NCBI GenBank assembly: GCA_017499595.2
Contig: CM039000.1
Coordinates: forward strand, 372,001 to 436,000
Length of the DNA: 64,000 nucleotides
Origin: Psilocybe cubensis
Lineage: Eukaryota
Reading direction: 5' to 3'
Shown here: positions 52,141 to 64,000 of the stretch, piece by piece
Layout of the letters: each line of letters opens with the position of its first letter
Numbering within the stretch: the first letter of the stretch is position 1
Notes under the pieces: model-generated
What the model was told of the DNA's origin: nothing
The model's input: the letters and a program-made list of their open reading frames with translations, nothing else
Database searches by the model: none
Made by a program: the position numbers and the translations under genes

Positions 52141-52788
52141 AAGCTGTGTCAACACCAGTGCCACTTTCTGCCATGTCCTGCCTTCTATCCAATTTTCTCA
52201 ATTGGATAGTTGGGCTCATCTCTGTTTATTCCTGATTGACGACCATTTCTCGTTGCCCTTGGATTCTCAAAGAATCGGGATAGTTTTATGTATAATTAAT
52301 GACGAAGAAATCTGCATCCGCGGCCTCGACAGACTCGTGCTACTACTGCCCTTGGATGATTCATCGATATAACGACTTTCACCACGATATTTCACGATTA
52401 TTGCATAACGCACATCGCCACTCGTTCTTCCTTTTCCATTCATTTCCATCCTTACTTTTTGGGTTCCCTGCATATATAATTTTCCCCTTTTGCTTGCTTA
52501 CCTGTGCATCATTTTTTACATTTTTTTCTTGGTAATTTTTTTTTGAGTCAACCCTCGCCCATTCTAACTTCAGGAATGATTGGGTACTTTTTTATGGTCT
52601 CATAGTTAATTGGATATCAATAACTTTTATAACTCGAGGCAGCTAGCAATAAAATATACAATTCTTTTCTGTAACGATCGTTGATCTGAAAACTTTGAGG
52701 GATCGCAAACAGTTGTTCGAGAGGTTGGCTCTTCTAAGCTGTAAAACACTAAAACTGGCGTAGTCGTTGACAAAACCTCTGATGCAAT

Positions 52789-55125
52789 CTAAAAGTATGC
52801 CTGTAGAATGAGAGAACAAATGTCAGAAGATGGCACATTCTTAGAAGAGGTCCTTACCGCCGCGTTGGGTGGACTAGCGCACCCCCCGATTCTATATAGG
52901 TAATGAGGTTTTTCATCCTTGTGACATACAGAAAGTAGTAAAGACAAACATGTTCAATGGCCACGATGAGAAGAAGAAAGTGTATCTCTTAGTCTCGGCG
53001 CACGTTTGGGATAGCTTTTCAAGATCGAAAAATTCCCCTGATGAATAATCGTAAGCGGAAATATACAAAAAGTTAGGCGGATGCATCATACCCAGCGGCA
53101 TACCCCAGAGTCTGACATAAACGTCGGTTATTTGTTTCTACACCTCATATTTCCTACAAGAGTGAAAGGGACGTACCCAAGAATAGTCTAAGCGCGCAAT
53201 GCCATGTTATCGGATGTCAAAGCTGCATCAAGGCAAGAAAACTAATCATCCTAACCTGGTGGAGCAAAGTTCCAGGAGGTGCCGGCCACCTCTAATTAAA
53301 TATTTAAAGAATAGCATAGGGGAACCTGTCAGCGATAATACATCAACAAGATGGACAACATGCCTCCAATGCGGGTTGATCTGAGGCGATAGCGGCGAAG
53401 TGGTTATTCCTATCGCGTGGTAGGAATCAGAACAATGCAAGACTATTTGTTGTCTCTGGATATCTACCACAAGAACCTCTTCATGTCTATAGATTGCTCT
53501 ATGCCTGCGCTGAGAAATTTTTGAAAAGATCTTGTTAGATTTATACACAGCGCGATGCGGGCAGAGACCACTTACAATGTTTCTGGCCTCTGAGCCAGAG
53601 CATGTTTATCTTCCGTGGACACGTTATAATATTTTTGGATAAATCCCACACGGAGAAGTAAGATATCTCCTTGACGGAAATTCACGCCCTGGTGTTTGGC
53701 TACAGCCTCAAGGTCGGATACCGATATGGCATAAGTGGTCCATGGATCATAAGGAAGCTTTCCGTTGTTTGTATCCTCGTAGTATCTAACAAGATCTAGA
53801 AGCACGCCTCGCCCGCATATCCCGTGCGCCGCCCAGTCTAGGAAGTTTGGTTTTAATGTCTTGTTTGGGCTCATTGGGAGGACACGGAACGCCGGGAAAA
53901 AATGACAGAACGTACTTTGCATCCCGATCCTGGACATTGCCGGATCGATGTCATTCGGATTAGATATAGGGATTATTCCACCAGGCAGAGATTTGGCATC
54001 CGTACTAGATTGCGACAGAGACGGCGATGGAACATCGGATAGGGAAAGGTCACAGAAATGTCGGTCAACTGTACAATCAACGTCAATGGAGCTCTGAACG
54101 TACTTGTTGTAAAAAACAGCATGTTCAATGAGTCCATAGTGTCGCATTCCATCCCATTGCGAACCAGATTGCGAATTCTGTGACCAAGACCAATGAATAG
54201 CCATATTAGGCACCAAAGTAAATAACGTCATGAAGACCAAAGTGTAACACGTTTAGGCGCCAATGTGTATGTATCATGTTTGCAACTCTTCATGTGCGCA
54301 CAACAAAAATAGAATGATTCGCTTACTATATGGATCTCATCATCTCTCGGCATGCCATTATCGCGTTTGATGATCATTTTAATCTCGGGGCTCTTGCGGT
54401 TGAACAATGGCTGCGGTGTATAAAGGAACGTTATCAGTAATGGCGACGATAAAAGAATGGGCGCTAGGGCGTGATAGCTCGGGTAATACCTTTTCTGGGA
54501 AGTTGATTGGCCTACCAAATGATTAGTGAGTTAGGGCATTCGTAAATCAGCACAGATAGCGTTGTGGGTGCGCCAGTGATATTTCAAAGTACCAGTAACG
54601 TTCAACCCATCTGAATCCCACAAATTCCACATCACTTGGCACATCAGAGATGGGGATCACGGAAAGGAATGATATATAGTGTCATGCGGAAAACCTGTGC
54701 GATCGAAGCTGATCAAAGTATAACAGAACGCGCCAACGATCTGCACGGAAAGACGGGAACTACCTAACGAAACCACAAACACCCGAAAAAAATGATATAA
54801 AATGGGATTTAAATCATTCTCACCAATTCAGTGACACAGTCCTTCCCAGTCTGTGTTTCAGTAGAAACTACTGTCAGAAAAACCATTTCACAAGACACAT
54901 TATGCTCAACTTGATTTCCTCTTTGGCCGCGCGCTGAACTACTTCTTCCGTCAAGAGATTCACCGTCCCCAGTTGGTCGTCAGCGCCCCATACACCCCAT
55001 GCGCAGCCGGGAAAGTTCTTGTAATGCGGCAACTCATCGAAGGTTGGTAAGGCCATTTCGGCCACGGAAGTACTAGGCAATGGAGAGATATGTGATGCGA
55101 TATCTTTCAACCGATTTGAGGTCAT
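52789..55125 (-). CDS. Cyclase-family (kynurenine formamidase-like) metal-dependent hydrolase
   Basis: AWGVWG.DDQLGTVNLL, SQSGSQWDGMRHY, GICGRGVLLD, GDILLLRVG, ASDQPALE, WGMPLGEFFDLEKL and GGCASPPNA. Many exons. Confidence 0.9.
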
Positions 55126-55515
55126 GCAGAGATTCGTACGGAGAGGTGGTGGGCCTGAGGAAGGAAAGAACCTGGGTTCAAGACGAATTATGGCTTATCA
55201 ATCACTACTAAAATTCACAGGTCAATTTCCTTCAACTCCGCTTTCCTCACCCAAGCCGAAGTTAGGAGAACCTACGCCGGGAGCTATCGGTCAGATGATA
55301 CCGCCCCATGGGAAAGTCGATGGTATTTCGTCCAAATAGAGACTACAGAATAGTTGGCGGACTCTCTTTTCGTTGCTAGCAAACACTAGGGAAGAAATCA
55401 TCATAAGGATAGTAGCAGCAGATAAAATATAACGCAAATACGATATTCGAGGGGCGCGCTCAAGCACTAGTCATACAAACACAAGCATAATACATGTAAA
55501 AGGTTCATTGCAAAT

Positions 55516-58109
<2,594 letters not shown>

Positions 58110-59904
58110 CTTTACAGGTATATTTGGTTTACGGGGCACCGCACGATAAAACGAAGAAAGATAAGAAAATTTTTGAAGGGTGCTGGCAGAAAGATGGATG
58201 TAATGTCCAAGTCTACGTTACCCGCAATTCGAAGCAATCCATTTGCTTGCAATTGTTTGGTACATCACATGACACGGCGTAAGAAGAAGACTCCGACCTG
58301 ACTCCGACTGACTCATGGATGCATAAGTAGGTGCCATGGCAGTGAAAAGCCGTTCCCGACTCTGGCAGTTCCGATGGTTAATTATTTACTGTCAGTCTTA
58401 ACAACCTCCGTGTTACAGTATTTGACATTTTGTTATGCATCTGTGGGTGTTCGTCTCTGTAGTACTTGAATATCCGAGTCTGTAACTTGATGAGTTCCAT
58501 CAGTCGTGCCAGGTCAGGTCATTGCCCCATGTTCCCGACAGTTACACGCCCCGATTCTGGCGTGGACTCGTTGGAAGGCTGTGATGTCTAATTTACTAAC
58601 AATGCCAAAATATTCGTTGTTTGGAAATTGTCTGCACAAAGAGGAAAGATGTCGAAATTGTAAATAAGCTCAAAATGTCGAAACGAGGGAGCAGAAATCC
58701 AGTATTATGCTGGGATGGGTCACCTAATTTAATTAGCTCTGAGATGAATTTCGGTGTGGCAATGTATACGGGTTCTCTGTCAAACTTGTTTGCAGTGAGT
58801 TTGCGCATGGTGAGAGTGTAGAGAATTGAAACTATATAAAAATCACCTATGTTCCTTCTGCATATTGTTCACAACGGGCACTGCATGTCAGCACTGAGAA
58901 TCATCCTGATTACTTGCCTCTTCCGGTGGTCGAAGACCTCGAACAAAAAAATTTTGAGCCACCGACGCGGCCAAATAGCCATTTTTAGCTTTAATGTCAA
59001 TCGATACATTCCTGGAATATTACATACATGCATTAGGGCGCATCACACTGCACTTCAACTTGAAGATGTTTTGTGTCAAGGCGAATGCATGGGAAACATT
59101 ACAAAGTTGGCAACTAATCGGATTAAAGGTGAGTGAACCAGCAAAGTGCCTCAGTCGCTGATGTCACTCAGCAAGGTTCTACGCGTTAAACAAGGTCAGG
59201 GCGGCTAGTTCATGATGTACCGTTATTCAGTGCAGAACTATACCATAAGACGTATACTACAATCTCACAGTGAGAACCAATAGGTTGATGGTAGGAGGGT
59301 GGTACTCCGATTATAGAGCCTTGCATCAATGCAGTTCCCATCATAGCCCTACACCAGAATATCGCTTCTGATGTTAACCCTCGAACTACTGGACCCATCA
59401 CCCGACACAGACACACTTGCGCACGAGGGTAATACTCACCTCAGTTACACGCATATCGGATCGTAAATTTGAAACTCATCGCAGGCACTATCAAGTAACA
59501 AGTCTAAAAAATCCATGTAAACCGACCTCAAAGTCGATTGAAACAATTTCGAGCAAAATTAGCGAGAGAGGGGAATAGTTCCATGTAGAATCGAAGGCAT
59601 AAAATAACCTAGTCAAAATTAATTTCTGAATAGTCTGGGCTATACAGGTCAGCGCTCATATCGGGGATTCTGCCCCACTTTATGCGGAGCACGAAAAAAA
59701 TCTCCACCTGTCATGCAACATGCAGCATGGAACCTGATGCCTTGGAGAAAAATATCGGAACATTGCAGATGCGGGAAGCGTTCCAAGAATCGCTCTGAAT
59801 GTAGCCGTCGAACACGAAACAAAACCGCTGAAGCGATTGGTGCGAGGACTCGAGGTGTCCAAAAAGTGGGAAAAGCACAGGTCGAAAAGTCCGAGCAGAT
59901 CCCG

Positions 59905-60473
59905 TCAGGCAAATGACACTGTTTTGCGGACCTTGCCAGATGCATGCTTGTTTACGCCCACATCAACATCAACTTTCGGTTTCAATCGCTCTTTCCGTGA
60001 CTTTGCTCTTTCTCTTTTCGCGTTGACTTGTTTGGCTTTCAAAGCCGCCTTGGTCTCTTTCTGGTTATTCGTCAATCAATGTTATGCATAGAGAAGTAAA
60101 ATGTAGATCTTACTAATTTTGCTTTAGTACTCATTGAATGCTTTCGTTCCTGTTTAGCCAGTGATTCATCCTGGAGAATACAAAAAAATTGATGATGTGA
60201 TCTGTCAAGCTAACAATGTTTTCATAGGTACCCTGGGTTTGTGGTGCCTTTCCGCTTTCGTAATGGATATTTTCTCTTGAGTATCGGCTATTGAGGCAGC
60301 CAACGCAAGAGCGTCCTAAAGCAAAGTTCTGATGAGCATCTCCCGTGGGCGGTCCCGACCAAACAGAAATCAGGGATGACGTTTACGTTCTTCTCCAAAA
60401 ATTGCTTGCGTTGTTTTCCTTTCCCTCTCGGAGCTACCGCTTTAGTACTAATTATATTTGAGGTTGTAGCCAT
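59905..60473 (-). CDS. Small basic Lys-rich protein, possibly Loc1-like nucleolar factor
   Basis: Four-exon model MATTSNII..KQFLEK|DALALAASIADTQE..|..|KETKAALKAK..RKTVSFA. The family call is tentative. Confidence 0.6.
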
Positions 60474-63400
60474 CGGTGATATGCAATGAAGGAGAATTGC
60501 CTATGGAGAGAAGATAGACAATTGACAGACGATTAAGATGAATGAACAAGTTGCTTAGAATTTGAGTTCAGTCCAGGTTTCTCAATTCCATGTTTGGTCG
60601 TGTTTATTTTAGACCAGGCGGGAACTTGGTGCCGAGTTTCCGGAGCCTTGATTGGTAATAGTCAGTAGACGAGGTTGTAGAGAACCTGTAACTTCGAATC
60701 TGAGATATGTTGACTTATAGGTATTCCGTTTAGCTCGCTCCACATAGTGATTTCGACGCGTTATTACTTATTGTATATTTTATAGCGAGTTCGAAAAACC
60801 CCAGCCAAGACTCATGGGAACAAGTAACAAGCCATCATGCATCAGGTCTCAACCAAATCTCAACTTAAAATCGATTCTTCATCAAGTTCAATTCAGGCGT
60901 AGTTACAAGAAAGGATACCGTGTGCTCCGAGATCCTTGATAGTAGCATGATCTTCATGGGCACCACGGCTCTGGGCTCATTTCAACAATAGTGTGAACGT
61001 AATCCTGTGCTTGAAGGCATTTGAAAGCGCGATACATTCCCAGACTTCCTGATCGCATTCTATTTCCGATAAAGGTAATAGTTGCTGCGCCAAATGCGCT
61101 GGATTCTGCGATTTGAGATCTTTCCATAGACTAGGTTGCAAATCTTGTCCAAGTGGGCAGGGCGGTTAACGGTCACCATTGAATCAAGGAGACAGTTGAG
61201 GAGCTACTCGTCCCCGAATAGAGAGCAAAAAATAAACGCCCGGTGGGGAACGGTCAGCCAGCGCAATCTTCCCTGTAGTAGAATCTCTATAAGAGGTCAC
61301 TAGATTCTTGGAATGAAACCAACCAGCTCTCTTCTCTTCAAGGCACTCGACAGTTACCTTCCAACCTAGACTAGTAAACTCGACAATCAATAGCTTCGAG
61401 ATGTGTCACTATCGCCAGTGAGAATATTGTCATTCGATTTATGGACTCCCTCATAGACAATACCATTCTTCCCTAGAGTTTGCAACTTCTACAAATGCGG
61501 TCATAGCCAACCACTGGTGCATATAGTTCGTTTAGTTATTTGATCAATTGCTGACTACAATTTTGCAGCCCGATCAATTGGTTTGTATCTTTGGCGGTTT
61601 GTAGTTCCATTCTTCTAAAATTTCTGTTCAAGATTCCTTGCAACAAAGCACATTGCAAATTCAGCCCGTATCACGACCCAAACTGTGTTTTGCCCAAATG
61701 CAGGCAAACTTGCGCACAATAGTGAGTCCACATTTTCTCTTAGTGTAATGCATAAACCTGAGTATTCTGAAACTTTATCAGCCGTGGATATCCCGAGAGT
61801 TACTGTATGTGTATTTTATTGTTATGGACGCTTGTCAAATGTTCAAAGCTGTTGTAGCTCCTCATATCAACAGTACCTGTCCTACTTGCCAACAGCATGG
61901 GATATTCTGAATATCCCTGCCGGCGTGCCTGGCGCAATGTAGACAAACGACGGCTTAAAGATTGTCTTCTCATCCTATACACGATTGAAACTAGTTGTTG
62001 CATTCGTGATTTAATTTCTGAAGTTTTTATTCTCATCTAATAGATTTTTCTGTATTATTTAAGATTTGTACGGCAGCGATAGTTTTACATAGATTCCGTG
62101 TGCAGTACTGGATCTTTTTTTAACAACTCAACACCCTCAGCTTTACGATATGACAAGTTGTTTCCATCGCATTCCGTTATGATTTTGATTTTGTCCCATT
62201 AATTACCATTAGACTTTCTGACTCCAATGTATTCGGTTATTTATCCTTGTTGAACCCATAGGTGCATGTACTCTGATCCCTGTAAATAGTAACGACAATC
62301 GGGCAATGGTGCCGTCGTGAGTCCACAGCTATGCGGCTAATAAAGAATGATCCGCTCACAGCCACGTCATTATCAAAGTAAGTTTACCAAGACTCCTTAG
62401 CCGTCTATGACTCCAATATGAGTCAGTACTAAAAACAAAAGAAGTTGAATATTCATTTATCTCTAATCCATCAGTACGAATTCAGAAACTGCCGGCGTCC
62501 GGCTGTCAATCTGTGTGGGCGGCGGCACTGCTATGTACCTTTGTTTCAAGTTGACCCGCCCCAAATGAATATACTGCTAGTATCTGTGTATCATGTTCCC
62601 ACTGTATACATATCTGAGCCGAAGTCTAACTTCGAGCTACTGGACTTTTGTTTATGCACCAATATTTATGTAGATTTCACTTCATCTAAGAGCAACTTGA
62701 ATGCTAGAAATCAACATCAGACCTTGACCATGTTGTGTGCAAAATTCGTCGCCGATGATGCTCCGCTTCAATGTTTCATTCCAGCATACCTTGAATACAC
62801 ATTCGTTTGTCTCGCTTCGCGGATCACAATGAAGTGCCTTTGCTGTTGTGAAGCAAAATTAACGTTCACACAAAAGATACTAGCTACGTGATGCATTCCG
62901 AGTCCTTCCCATGATCATCAATACCTTAAGACTTCTCCCTTTTGGGACTAGTCTAAAGCTCTCTTATCCCTCAAAAGTGTATGCAATTAAGTATGTGATT
63001 TCTACCCGTGACGAAGCTTAACGAAGCTTAGTTGAGAGATACTCCGGTTAGGAGGCTCAGTCACTGGTTATCTAAACTTCCTTCCTATCTTCACCTTTTA
63101 GAGGTGGAAGAAAGCAGGCGTTGATCAACTAGTGCTTATATGTAGACTCAGAGCTATCAGAAGATGAGCCTGCCTTATCTCATAACGTATCACGCTTAAG
63201 ATCGCTAAGATACGCGAGAAGATTACAACCTAAGTGCTAAACTCTGCACGCCTGCAGTTGCTAGAACGGTATCCGTAGTAGCTTCATTGCCAGAAGTTTC
63301 TATCACTGGGCCGCACTATATTTTGAGAAACTATGGTTCTCTATCACCTATCACAATTTTCCCTGACCTTGTTCACCCATGTAAATTGCGTTTGGGTATG

Positions 63401-63792
63401 TCTATAAATAGACAAGATATCCATCGATTTCACAGGTGTAATGTTCTGACACTTAGGTTGTTACTTCAATACAATACTTACAAGCCATCCATACTTACAG
63501 TCATTTCTCTTACTCCCCACCTTGACGTAGAATTGTGGCAAATTGTGGTTGATTGCAAACCCCCTGTATCCGCGGATAATTTAACGTCACGTGGCTCCGG
63601 GTGTGCACCCGAATTTCAGAATCAAAACGCCTTCTCTTCCATTGTGCACGCAACTTGTTCCAATTCTTATACCACCGCGGGATATCCAAGCGGGTAATCA
63701 AACCTTTTTTGCTTCCTTTCTTCAGCGTTCAACAACTAATACGGTACCCTGAAGTTTGGGACTTCAAGAAAACGTCCAATCGTTCAAGGTCC

Positions 63793-63951
63793 ATGTCGGA
63801 GCAAGATCCTCTACTTGGAGAGCGAGGTTCAGAAGGATACGACGGAGATCGATCTGTCGGAAAGGCTGTACGAACAGTTGGACCTTTGGATATATCACGC
63901 TCGACACGTTATGGGATATTGGCAGGCCTTTGGAGTGCGACGTTTCTCTCA
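63793..63951 (+). CDS. MFS transporter (Vba/DHA2-like), first exon only, truncated by the window end
   Basis: MSEQDPLL (acidic dileucine-like) ...PLDISRSTRYGILAGLWSATFLS, followed by donor GTGCGT at 63952. Confidence 0.7.
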
Positions 63952-64000
63952 GTGCGTTCTCATGGATTTTGTGCAATGTAATTAGCTTCTGATTTGCATT

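Noticed and set aside
52789-55125. Cyclase/formamidase gene as a third member of a tryptophan cluster with the LAAO and ThDP enzyme
   Set aside because: It is separated by shugoshin and another gene, and nothing in the sequence links them.
60800-63700. Scattered short ORFs upstream of the MFS gene
   Set aside because: No coherent exon chain or protein motif could be built.

Overview
Intron-rich eukaryotic DNA, most consistent with an Agaricomycete (mushroom-forming basidiomycete). Introns are mostly 50-70 nt GT-AG with a few GC-AG, and the window holds lineage-typical families such as DUF6534 membrane proteins and multi-copy small P-loop GTPases. About 21 protein-coding loci can be supported: a DUF1349 protein, a long-chain acyl-CoA synthetase, two DUF6534 proteins, a GNAT, ApsB/Mto1, three paralogous AIG1/MMR_HSR1-like GTPases, a secreted acidic-repeat peptide precursor, a Ste6-like ABC exporter, a 5'-nucleotidase, a pyruvate-decarboxylase-family ThDP enzyme, an L-amino acid oxidase, shugoshin, a cyclase-family protein, Prp4 kinase, a Loc1-like protein, a truncated MFS transporter and two orphan low-complexity proteins. 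There are also two complete MITEs (hAT-type with an 8-bp TSD; Tc1/mariner-type with a TA TSD), a probable Mutator-like relic and a ~300-bp tandem duplication. The best candidate for an undescribed system is the head-to-head pair of an L-amino acid oxidase and a PDC-family enzyme whose catalytic Asp (to Ser) and first His of the HH motif (to Ile) are replaced. This suggests a two-step route from amino acid to 2-keto acid to an acyloin or unusual aldehyde. The second candidate is the Kex2/Ste13-type secreted precursor ending in a unique 17-aa peptide. Gene models were spliced by eye and no database searches were run.
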